Assembly: GCA_040954595.2 (NCBI GenBank)
Contig: CM082577.2
Location: 10,832,537 to 10,896,536 of the forward strand
DNA length: 64,000 bases
Reading direction: 5' to 3'
From: Balanoglossus misakiensis
Taxonomy: Eukaryota; Animalia; Hemichordata
A program made the translations under genes and the position numbers. The notes under the pieces are model-generated. The model saw only the letters and a program-made list of their open reading frames with translations, was not told the origin of the DNA and did not search any database. Below are positions 15,001-25,872 of the stretch, in pieces. Position 1 is the first letter of the stretch. The number at the start of each line of letters is the position of its first letter.

Positions 15001-16773
15001 ACCCTTTTGGAGCTTCACTTCGAAGACGACGTCGTTGCAGATATACATTTTGAGTAATCGACAAATCTAACAATGTTAGAATCGTGACCGGGGTCGACTT
15101 TCATCCGCATACAATATAAAACTGACATGCACGTTATAACGTTTAATACATAAGAGGTACTTTTGACATAAAATTCACTTCGAAGCTGGTATCATCCAAG
15201 CTTGGTTATTTTAGAACATGCCAGTACTGGATAATTGTTCTTGAAGATACTTAACTCTTGTTCTTGAAATACAGGCAATCGAGTGACACGATACGAATGG
15301 AGTGCGGGAAAGAATGGAAGCGCTCCAGGAACGGGTCTCTTCGACCTTGCTAATGACCGTGTCTGGCACGACGTGGGCCTGGAAACCGGTGCCATATTGT
15401 TGCAGAAACGTGATGCTTGTGAGTTGCCATTCGTTTAACAAACAATTACATGTATGATGCACAGAAATGTCTCTTGCGGAATCGTCGCCATACCAAGCAA
15501 AAAAACGTGTACTATGCTATGGAGCAACGAATATAATATTTGATGATCACTATTGCCTTGGAGACACGCATTAATCACAAAATTTGTAAACTTACAGCAA
15601 CCATGTAACAGTATTACAGTTTGAAATTTTTACATTAGATAAAATACAATTACGGTACTATGGTGAGAAGAAATTACACCCAGTCAATAGTTCTTCTGGG
15701 TAAAGGTGTTTTCCACGTATACACTAGTATTGCAACAATAATTTATTTATTTATATCCAACCTAAGCCGTGATGCTAACGTGTTGGTGAGAATGTCGGAG
15801 AGGCAGGGGGGGGGCAAATATCCAGAGGGAAACCGTCCTGGTTCCTGCAATGGCAAGAATTTTACGCATGGTCTGTCAATGAATGCAATGTATTATTACA
15901 GATCCTTTGGAAAATGGCGTGAATTACGTGTTCTACGTCAAGGCATGGTACGGAGAGGACACATATACCATATTTTCATCGAATGGCGTCCAGGTTCAAT
16001 TCATTCCACCAACAGTGTCCGAATCGAGACATGTACGTATGCGAGAACATTTTAATTCTGTTTCTTTTAGTTGCATGATGTCATAAGTTTGTTTTTGTGA
16101 GTGAAATATTGAAACACGTCCACTTTGCCAAATAGGTTAAGGATTTGCATAGTTTATCTGAGCCAGTGGACATGGACTACACGACATCAACCGAAAGCTT
16201 GGGAGTTTCCTGGAAGAATGTTTTCAATGGTGACATCGCTTTCTTTGAAGTGTCTGTCAGTACATACCAAGGAGGTGCGTTGGTTACATTTCCCATGTCA
16301 ATAACTACCATAAGATATAGCACAGATCATTATAAACATTCCGCATACAATGGCAAATCACCATCAAGAATATACTAGACACTACTGTGTTATTTGGGTC
16401 TTTTTGGGGTGACAAGTACTTCATCGTAACATAGCATTCTACATCAGTAGTGACAAGAATACACATTCGACATTTCAATACCGTTTTTTTTCAGGAGATG
16501 ATATCAGAGCCTACAACCGTTCTCGTCACACAGCAGCTGAATATGAGGTTTGGTTTTCTGATCTTGATCTGCAATCAGGCGTTCGATATTATGCAAATGT
16601 AGTGGCTTACACACATTCGGGACTTTATGCAAGTGCTTCGTCAGATGGTATTCTGGTAAGTGTTAACCTGAATACCAACACAACAACAACAACGACGACG
16701 ACGACGACGACGACACGATTATGATGATGATGATGATGATGATGACGATGATGGTGGTGGTGGTGGTGATGAC

Positions 16774-16813
<40 letters not shown>

Positions 16814-19800
16814 TTGTTGATGATAATGATGATGATGATGATGATGATAAATGCACCAGTTTCATGAAATGTACCTTATCTTTACGTACGTATTTTTTCT
16901 TCCATTGAAAGGTCGACACGGACAGTCCAAAAAGTGGCGTTGTTTATGATGGTCTTAACATTCACGATTCCAATTATCAGAATTTAAGCGCAGTCATGTC
17001 CGCTTCTTGGCATGGATTTTCTGATCTGCAGTCCTACATAGATTATTATGTCTGGTGTGTCGGTACTTCACCTGGTGCTGAAGATGTAATTCTGTGTCAT
17101 TCTGTGGGACTCAAAGTACATGTATCGCAGTCGCAGACTATAGGATTTCCACTTGCGTCTGGTAAATCTCCGAGTCACTCTTTTGATATTTTTCCTATTT
17201 TATAGAAGGAGTCTCGCGTCTTATTTGCTAGATTAATTATCTCTTGACGACATATAGTACAATTCAGTGATGAAGCTATACCTATACGTGGCGGCATGTG
17301 CAGGTGCTAAATTTGCTCCACACTTTTGAAAAGTTTACAGTACAGTGACCTTTGAACGGTACACTTTATCTACGTCCATGCTTATCGATTCTCGAAGAAC
17401 GGGTATCACTGGTCACTTTCGTTTCCTGTAGGGACCAAGGTGTATTCCACGGTTACTGCTGTTGATGCTGCCGGATTGAAGTCTGAACCCTCTACATCCA
17501 ACGGAATCGTTATTGACACAACGCCACCCGAAGCTCTACAGAAATTCAACTTCAGTGACAATGTCCTGCTGAACCCTTCTTTTGAAGACTTCGTTGTTGC
17601 CAATGACACAGCATCTTCAAACGTTGACGAGTGCGTACCGCGTGGCGCACCAAACCACTGGACGGTGGATGGAACGGCGCATGTTTTCACGTGTCAGTAC
17701 AGCGCAGCCAAGGATGGCGATTCATACCTGGTGGTTTTGGGTGAAATTTCCCAAACGTTCGACACGGTTGTCGGAGAAAAGTACAGTGTGAGCTTCTACG
17801 CCAGCCACATTCCTCGATCAAGTACACCAATCTTGAATCAAGAAGGTTATATGTCCGTTTCTCGCCTGAGTCAAGTCTTCAAACTCTACCAGCGCAGAGG
17901 TGGCTTTGATCATTCAAGTGATCCCAGCGACGTAAACAAACTGGTTTGGGAGTTACACCATGAATACTTTATCGCAGATGATGACGCAACGATATTAAGA
18001 CTGGGTTCGTTGGGCAGAAATGGTATGTTGCCAAGTTCACTATTGCCGAATTACAACAATTTCTCTCCCTCTTTCTATCACACCATGTTTCTACTGAAGA
18101 GTGAAGTTATTTTTTTCACAACGACGTCAGATCACATAATGTCACTCTTTTAAGGATGTACGTTCAGTAAAATTGAAAGTATTGTCATTTTTTTTAATTG
18201 TGGATTTTTGGATTCTCCTTTGTATGTATAATTAAAATCCGTAATAAAATATAGGGGTCACCGCGCTTGTTTATGAAATACAGAGCTATGAAATTAGTCG
18301 ATAATAGAAGAAATCTGCTGACTCAGCATTTTTCACCAATGGTTTGTCTATGGGCAAAAGTTTTAACGCAATTTATCTCAAAATAGAGCGCGGTGACCCC
18401 TATATTTTATTTGACCAATGAATTTATATTTGCTGGACTGAGCTATGTGCAAAATTTTGTGAAAATGACAATAGTAGAAGTTTGTTTTGACATGCTGGGT
18501 CTGGAAATTTGCTGTTTACTCCCACAGAAACAAATGAATGCAATGTTGAGGTCAACTCCATATACATGTTTCTATTTTACCAGGAATTGCTCTCGACAAG
18601 ATTGATGTGCGCATGCTCAGTGAAGGTGGACGTGAACACGAAGATCCAAATAATCCGGTGAACGAATTTTCAAGCGACGTTCATGTTGAAATACAGAAAG
18701 TCGGGGAATTCTACTCAATACACGCGCGGTGGGACGTTATTGACGTGGAGAGTCCCGTCACAGAAAATTTATGGGCCATTGGCACTGTTAAAGGTAAACG
18801 ATTTTTACAATAGGCCGAACTTGAAAATGTTAATAAAGTTATTACCCACTCGGAATTGCAGACTTAGCATAAACACGACATATTTCGTACATCACAGATA
18901 AACAATGTATGTAAATGTATATGTTTTCTAATAGTAAATCATTGTACTCGCCGTATACATGTACCTTGACCAAGCATTAAAGGTATACGGTCATACATGC
19001 AAAGGTGATCACTTTTACTCTTACTAGAAAACTGAAATATTACAAATCACGGGTCTTCATTAAGTGGGTGGCACACGCGAAAAATGTGTGCTACAGCACG
19101 AAGGCATTGACGCGCCTTTTGACTATGTATAGGCATGCGTAAATTAGAGGGGACCGTATACTTTCAACCGAAATAGAGCAAAAAGTGTTGTATACACATG
19201 GCATTATAGTAACATGACGGCACTGTCCCCAAATTTACAGGTGGGACCCAGCTGCAAGGATTTACGTCGACTGGAAGGAAATCTTCAGCTACCTGTCAGG
19301 GTTTGGCACTTTTTCAAGGAACACAAGTGATAGTCACAATTGTGACAAGAAACGCGGCAGGACTTGAATCTGTCATTTATTCTGATCCAATTATGGTCGA
19401 CATAACGGCCCCAAACTTGTGCTGTGCGAAGGTAATTTCTACTTTTTAGTACTTGTTTGTCTTATAAAAGTACATTCCATGCAACCCATACAAAGAAATG
19501 CGTGGTGCAAATTTCATTACGCTGTTAGGTTGAATTTCACGTGTTTATCAGAATAATCATACACCTGGAGTAAACGTCTTTGCGTTGTCTTAGTAAAACA
19601 TACACGTCTTGTATTATTTGTATGTATCTATAGGACGGCGACGAAGAAGACGATATTGATTACCAGAATTCGTTGATATTATCAATTCATTGGTCAGTCG
19701 AGGATAAAGAGAGTGGTGTCCACTATTGTGAGATTGCTGTTGGTAAGAGACATAAAATGCATTTTGTGTAATTTAATGTGCCACAAGTTATGAGGTTAAA

Positions 19801-21238
19801 TGAGTGAAATATACCGCAGAAATCGGGAGAGGAATGTATTAATGAATTTGTAGTCTAATAATCTGATGAATCTCACTCTATTTATTTATTTATTTATTTA
19901 TTTTATTTATTTGTTTATTTATTTATTTGGTTTGCTCTAAAGGTTTATCCCCAGGCTCTGCAGAAATTCAAGACTTCACGAAATCCGAAACAGAGAATTA
20001 TACCATGGTCAATGTCACGGGTCGTGCACGCCATGGGCAAACGCTTTTCTCCACAATCCGTTGTTACAATTACATAGGATTGTTAAGCACGGTAATGACG
20101 GACGGCGTCACCATAGTAACCGACGCACCGGAATCTGATAATGCTGTCATGGAGATAACAACAGTATCCGAAACTCACTATCCTACTAGAGAAGACCACC
20201 AGTCCGTATCAAATGCTGTGAATCTCGCTTGGCAGGGATTTCATGATATTGCCGGTATATCCCACTACCAGGTATAACCAGTTGGTTTCTGGCAAATGAT
20301 TACCATTCTGATATTGCGAAATCATTTTTAGACTAGTATTTGCAAGCCAAATGACTTTACACCTTCCTATTTTGCAGTGTATGATGCACACGAAGGGCAG
20401 AAAAGTCTTTGATTGGACTGATATTGGTGAAGGCGGAGAAATGTTCGCATTGGTCTATGGATTTCATCTCAATTCCTACGAGACCTACGAAATACTCGTC
20501 AGAGCCGTCAACTACGGAGACATGTACAGCGCATGCGTCGCTGCCAATGTATCTGTTGAAATGGAACCACCACTTATTACAGGTATACCAATGCCATTGT
20601 CATACACTTGGCTTTTGATTGAAACGTGATCATTTGACCTGAAGATTTGGCAACATACGTTTGTGTTCCTAAGAACCCGTATCCTAATGAATTCACATGC
20701 AATATTTCCGCTGTTTACTTGAATTTACAGAGTGACAACGCCAATTGTAATATAAATTGAAAGAATTGAACTGAAATGACACTGCACTGATTCCCACACT
20801 GTAATCTTTAATCTCGACAGTGAATGGCTCCACAACGTTAACTGTAAACATTATACAACATTGCTCGTTTCTCTGTTACTGTAGGCCAACTGTAGGCCTT
20901 CATTTTCTTCATTTCATGCTGTTGTTATCAGCTGTTAATGTTCTTATACATACTGTTGTACAGGGCGCGAGTTATCAGTCACCTGGTTGTCGAGCGATAT
21001 CCTGCATTTGGACTGGGGTGGCGCTTTCGTCAGCAACTCGAGCCTCGTCTACGAATTGACTGTGGGCACGTCCTATTCGAGCAATGACGTGTTGAAATGG
21101 TTGGAAACCATGGAAACGCAGATGACAGTGGATGACGTCGATCCCTCCAATGAGTACCACGTGGTTATCACAGCCATAAATGAAGCCGGACTTTACAACT
21201 CTGACAATTATGTTGTTTCGTATCTCGACGCAATCTAA
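3..21238 (+). CDS. 3' part (44 exons, ~2,780 aa; 5' end outside window) of a giant uncharacterised extracellular protein with tandem FN3/Ig-like beta-sandwich repeats
   Basis: Manually spliced GT-AG exons, all phase-compatible, total 8,343 nt: 3-211, 688-808, 1078-1257, 1439-1648, 2104-2378, 2811-2958, 3086-3304, 3665-3833, 4346-4632, 5123-5320, 5599-5734, 5976-6159, 7087-7299, 7630-7813, 8048-8247, 8336-8567, 8817-9023, 9222-9327, 9411-9527, 9762-9929, 10211-10350, 10562-10696, 11262-11400, 11680-11866, 11984-12195, 12487-12599, 12839-12958, 13170-13298, 13644-13865, 14072-14209, 14398-14569, 14792-14929, 15275-15418, 15902-16032, 16136-16274, 16495-16655, 16912-17161, 17432-18022, 18584-18793, 19241-19431, 19634-19742, 19943-20271, 20378-20582, 20964-21238 (YLDAI*). 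Recurrent module D-x-D-YQ...W-xGF-D-x-ESG...Y..xIGT-xPG..D...YY-xTV-xA-xN-xAGL...S-DG-x-x-ID-xTPP. No C-terminal TM segment. Confidence 0.9.
3894..4072. mobile_element. Degenerate Tc1/pogo-type MITE in intron
   Basis: Ends CAGTCAAACCCCTGT ... ACAGGTTTGAGTG form an imperfect TIR; internal repeats GGTCACCTCTGTATA / GGCCAC. Confidence 0.55.
6489..6560 (+). tRNA. tRNA-Glu (anticodon CTC), intronic copy 1
   Basis: TCCCATATGGTCTAGTGGTTAGGATTTGGCG-CT-CTC-AC-CGCCAAGGCCCGGGTTCAATTCCCGGTGTGGGAA: 72-nt cloverleaf with A and B boxes; T6 Pol III terminator at 6569-6574. Confidence 0.93.
6791..6862 (+). tRNA. tRNA-Glu (anticodon CTC), intronic copy 2
   Basis: Identical 72-nt sequence to copy 1, followed by a T-run at ~6870-6875. 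Confidence 0.93.
10829..10931. repeat. (ACAAC)n pentanucleotide microsatellite
   Basis: About 20 perfect CACAA units in an intron. Confidence 0.95.
16676..16848. repeat. Compound (AAC)n-(GAC)n-(GAT)n/(GGT)n trinucleotide microsatellite
   Basis: Directly visible; lies in the intron between exons 36 and 37. Confidence 0.95.
17540..18022 (+). other. DUF642/CBM4_9-like galactose-binding jelly-roll domain within exon 38 of the giant protein
   Basis: NVLLNPSFED...PNHWTVDG...AAKDGDSYL...ISQTFDTVVGEKYSVSFYAS matches the N-x-x-N-x-SFE...W...G..YL...ISQ......G..Y..SF pattern; recognised by eye. Confidence 0.55.
18150..18480. mobile_element. Non-autonomous DNA-transposon relic with 25-bp internal inverted repeat
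   Basis: AATAAAATATAGGGGTCACCGCGCT (18243-18267) is the exact reverse complement of 18387-18411; the relic starts at TTAAGG. Outer boundaries are approximate. Confidence 0.5.
18981..19163. mobile_element. Kolobok-like MITE (TTAA target, AGG-starting TIR)
   Basis: TTAA|AGGTATACGGTC ... GACCGTATACTT|TCAA: 12-bp imperfect TIR with a degenerate TTAA TSD. Confidence 0.55.
19879..19928. repeat. (TATT)n microsatellite
   Basis: Directly visible upstream of the acceptor at 19942. Confidence 0.85.
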
Positions 21239-21656
21239 TACAAAGTGTAACATTTATCTTGCGAAAAGTGATATGGCGACTAAAACAAACTCTTATGATT
21301 ATCTCTTTATTACTGTGGCGGGTGGATATAACGACATGAATTTTGGCATATGATTATCAAAGTAATGTTCCTGCATATGATTAAATTACACATTTAATTA
21401 TTTGTATTCATGTATTTTCTGTATAAAGTCATCGCTTTCTCGTAACAACTTATATTATCTCGACTTGTATACGAAACACTGAAAATGAAGTGATTGAAGC
21501 CATCGACATAATATATACAAACTCCATGCATTCGTCTTCCCATTACCCACACAATGGAATTATTAGCTTGTGTGTAGTATTAATCCGTCCTATAGGGTTT
21601 CAAAATTAATTAACTTTGAAACTCATGAGTACTGTTTTTGCTCTTATTTACACATA

Positions 21657-21662
21657 AATAAA
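21657..21662 (+). terminator. Candidate polyadenylation signal of the giant gene
   Basis: AATAAA ~420 nt after the stop codon, followed by GT-rich sequence. Confidence 0.45.
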
Positions 21663-21792
21663 TCATAAGATGTTGAAGCTATAGCATGTGTTTTCTTCCT
21701 GTCACAGAATATGTTCTAACAACACGCAATATATTTTCAGCAAGCGTCACCTGCCATGCCCATCTTGTGTTCAGGATCTGTCTGTAGCATGT

Positions 21793-23493
21793 TTACTTGA
21801 GGTTGATTTTTGTCAAATCCTCTGTGATAGCCCGTGCACACTTCGTAATTTCCTTTAAATGTTCAATTCTTTCGGTCAACACCATGAAATGTTCGGGTTC
21901 ATCTACTTCATTAAGTGATTGCGGTTCGGGCGATGGTGATTTTAAGGACGGTGTAGGTGAACTTGGTTCGGTTGATGATGGTGAGGTTGCGGTATCTGGA
22001 AGAGAAGTACTGAGTTTATAATAACATGATATGAGGGAAAGAGTGAGAGAGACAGACAGAGAGACAGAGGCAGACATACAGACAGACAGACAGGGGAACA
22101 GACAGACAGATAGACAGGGGTGCGGAGGGATGGACTAAGGGAATACAATTTTTTATGACAAATCATTCAATCAGATAGGATCTATCTACCTTTAGCGTAT
22201 TCAGTGACAATGGTTGGTAAGCCAAGGTCAGCGATGTCACCATATAGGATTTTCCCGGCACAGTTCCGAATAGTCTTCAAAGAATCCACATCGTGTACAC
22301 CTACTGTGGGCGGGCAGGAGTCCGGAGATGAAACATTTGTGTCTGTGGTCGGAACTGGAGAGACCCCGGAATCTGCAAGGTCGTCAAAAGTCAATCAAGT
22401 TATCACCCCTGACTCCGTTACAGATTTTCGGTTCAGGAAATATAACTGGAGCTATTTGATTTTGAGAGGACGTATGTTCAATCGAATTGAGACAACCGAC
22501 AACGCGGGATGTCGTTTATAAGTGTTGTCATAATCATGATATGTAAGTTGAAGTTATAATCAAACATCACATATTATTTTCCCACCTAGACAGACAGACA
22601 GACAGACAGAGAGGCAGCCAGACAGGCAAGCATCATTGATCTCTTACCGTGATTTGGGAAACCCAATGTGTTTTTAATGTTACGATGTCTGGCAGGACAT
22701 CGGGTTTTAACTGCTGTACACCTGTCGAATCTTTCGGAATAGAATGGGATGCGCGTTGAAGACGTTGCGTAACTTGGAAGCTTTGGCGTAACTTTAATTT
22801 TAGGCGGCAGAATTGGCTTGCCTGGCTGGGTTTCTGGAAGATAGAAATGATATTTCAGATATTTCAAAATCACTAAAAGCGTGGCTATGTGGTATTTCTG
22901 CATTTCCAAGACAAACCCATCTCAAAAGGCAACGTTTTTATGTTCATTCTCTTACATAACATAGGCAAAAGATGAAACAATTACTATTCGACGTCAGCCG
23001 AGCTTTTCATAACACAGAGAAGTAATAAACACAGAGAAGTAATAAAGGTAACATGTTAATACAAATTAAATGTAGGTGAACGTAAGCATGAACGATGGGG
23101 TAAACACTTTCTGACCACCAATTTTAAAGACTGGTAATTATAAAGATACGCACTCTTTCCATACCCTAGCCCTGGAGTCGGAAACCGCTGTCCAAAAACA
23201 CCATCCGCGACACAGCCACGTGTTCCACTCTCGGCACGATAACTACCAGACGGCGGCAAGGGATGACTTGCCCGGCCATGGGGATACCGTTCTCGTCTGG
23301 GCGTGCTTGCTATATTTGAGTAGAGAAACAAATCCGTCAAACTGTGGACCACCAGTGCTCGCACTTAGTACTCAATTTTGACATGTTCTCTATAGTTCTT
23401 TCCAGTCTGAACCCAAGACTTCAAAATAGCTGGTAGACCGAAGTTTGATTTTAGCTTTTGTTCTTTAAAATTCGAGATAACCTTACATGCCAT
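21793..23493 (-). CDS. Putative orphan Pro/Ser-rich intracellular protein (~244 aa) with C-terminal helix
   Basis: Exons 23493-23487 (ATG inside a 15-nt micro-exon 23501-23487), 23309-23154, 22833-22648, 22372-22190, 21995-21793; all introns phase 1 and GT-AG; reads MASSTPRRERYP...TERIEHLKEITKCARAITEDLTKINLK*. Probable non-coding first exon ends at 23786. Confidence 0.5.
22037..22117. repeat. (GA)/(GACA)n low-complexity tract; similar tracts at 22589-22625 and 26104-26125
   Basis: Directly visible. Confidence 0.8.
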
Positions 23494-24109
23494 CCATATA
23501 CCTTCGGACAAAATAAAGTAGAACTACAATGTATATACACGCAAAAAAATATCAGCAATAATATCAATACAGATAAGCTTGGGTCCGAAAAATGTTAATT
23601 GATGCGTATTAGTGCGGCAAAAAGCGAAATAACTGATTTGTCCGACACGTAAACGCACTACGCGAAAATGTATGGCAGTACCAGGAAATTTTGTACTAGA
23701 CATGCTTCGAGTTGTGAATAGATGGTAAAACGGGCTTGTTTATCGAAAACATACCACTTTCCCTTTGTTTTGACGTAACACGTACTGTTCCAGCACTCCA
23801 AATGTTGATGGAATTTCCCATGCTGTCAAGCAGACGACAGGTTTCAAAGGTCTGCGGGGCTTGGCTGTCTTCGCGCCCATCATCGTGGCCCGTTCGTTCT
23901 CTGCATTCGCTCCCCTTGCAATCGTCGTCAACCAGTAGCAAATCAATGAGAGTAACCAACACGTTTGCTAGTAATAAACCCGGTGCGAGAGGGAGATAGC
24001 ATGACAAGAAAAGACTTCCGACAGCTAACACAAAACGGAACAGCGAGAAGCTGTCCATTCTAATCTTATGGCGTCGAATATCAGGCAATGGTTGCTACAA
24101 CTGTAGACT

Positions 24110-24290
24110 TCGAACCGTCACATCGCGCGTTTAGCCAATCACAAAACAGGAGCGAAGATTCTTACCTTCGCGAAAGTAAGAATTCTGTGTGCATGGAAAC
24201 CGGATTCTGCGCGCGCGTATCGCTAGAAATCGCGCGCTTCTGACCCACAAGATTTTGAGTAAAATTGATTCAATCGAGGGATCTCGCTAC
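24110..24290. promoter_or_regulatory. CpG-rich promoter-like region upstream of the orphan gene
   Basis: Several CGCG runs, a CCAAT box (AGCCAATC ~24133) and a 26-bp near-perfect palindrome centred on TCGCGA (24158-24183). Confidence 0.4.
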
Positions 24291-24415
24291 AGTTTGGGTT
24301 TTTAAACAAATTACACAACAAAGTTAAAGGAAGACGTTTAAAATTCAGCTTTATTGCATTTTATGACTTTATTTGTCTTTTCTGACTAATCATAATTCAC
24401 ATTCCCGACCGATAA

Positions 24416-25872
24416 TTATGCGTAAAATACTAGAAAGAAGTCGAGGGTTGGACCGAGGCACAGGTCCCACAACATGTACTTCAAGGCGTTGGCGATGGCA
24501 CAATTAAGTATTGCGCATGAGCAATACTCGACGAAACTGAAGGTGTAGGCCAGGAATCGACTCAGGTAGCGCAAAGCCGCGGCGCAGTAGTTGATGACGT
24601 CAATCAGTTTCATGATGACTCTGACCAGCATGTCTCTGGTGCTGGCGCAGAGGTCGATATTCATCAGCGTGCAGTCTATAGTTGGCGTGTCGGGGATGAC
24701 GTCAGTGACATTGGTACACGGCTCTGGCGCGGCCACAGTCGGTGCCGGAGTGCTTGGTGGAGGAATGAACTGCTCGATGTCGTCTGTGTACGTGATATGA
24801 ATACGTAATTACTTAATCAGTTCTATTTGATCGAAGGAGGGCTATAAAACACAACAAGACACTCAAACGAGAGGGGAGGTTGATTCAATAAAATTAAAGC
24901 ACCAATGAGTCACCAGTTGATATCGCACAAGTTTACACTGTGAAAACAGCAATTTGAAAGTTAAACGCAAAATTGGTCTTATGGGTCGGTTTACCAAAGT
25001 CTAGAACCAAATTACATAATCAGCGTGGGCTGGACATTTATTAAAACACTAAGGCAAAGCAAGATGACGTTACGTCCAATAATGTGCTCCATATATACGG
25101 TCCTATTTTAAAACCATAGGACTAATTGCCTGCAATAAAATTAAGGTGTACTAATGACTGATGACACATTTTAATTGGTCATACACTTGGGGTAAACATG
25201 GCCTTAGTGATGACATTTTGAAAAATTCGGAAGCTCACCTTCACAGTTGCCAGGCATAAGCCATCGTTTGAAGCGACTTCTCAAGAACGAATTAGCCTAT
25301 TGAATAAAAGTATATTTTGTTTTTGTTTCTACGTTCACGGCTTATACAATGTTCTGAGTCAGTGTGATGAAAATGTACAGTCTTGCGGTGAAATTATAAG
25401 GTCGTAATACACTGCGTACGAGTTCAATGTAAGACCTTGTGATGTTCAAAATATGTATCGGAAGCCCCAACTTTGTGCGCCATAGTTTAAAACAGTCACC
25501 ATTTGAAACTACAGTATTGTTATCTTGGTTTCTAGAGACAAGGAATATGCATGCTCTTCCCCCAAATTAATTATATGCATAACACCTTCACATTGGATAG
25601 TATAAATCCAGTATGTATGTCATATTTTACTTGTGTATTTGAAGTACAACGGTACAGAACTCTGACACCATACTTCAGAAAACCGGACACCTGGATACTC
25701 ACATGAACATTGAATATCAACAAAGACTTGTGTTATACAGTAATTTGCAGCAGTTGATCGTAAATACCTAGAAAAATACCTCTCTGTCCTGCAAGTTCAG
25801 GTCTATGGATTCAGAGTTGCCAATCACCACGGCAACGAGAAAACACATCGCTATCAGCTTTAGGCTCTTCAT
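24416..25872 (-). CDS. Small secreted pre-pro-protein (172 aa): signal peptide, RFKR furin site, Pro/Thr linker, Cys-bracketed helical domain
   Basis: Exons 25872-25780 (MKSLKLIAMCFLVAVVIGNSESIDLNLQDRE), 25296-25239 (ANSFLRSRFKRWLMPGNCE) and 24783-24416; phases 0 and 1 fit; 519 nt. AATAAA on the minus strand at 24373-24368 and 24355-24350. Confidence 0.85.

Noticed and set aside
16719-16919. Poly-Ser/Pro ORF
   Set aside because: Translation of the intronic (GAT)n microsatellite.
23696-24088. 130-aa minus-strand ORF with a hydrophobic N-terminus as first coding exon
   Set aside because: Its donor at 23786 is phase 0 and leads to stops in the downstream exons; more likely 5' UTR or a uORF.
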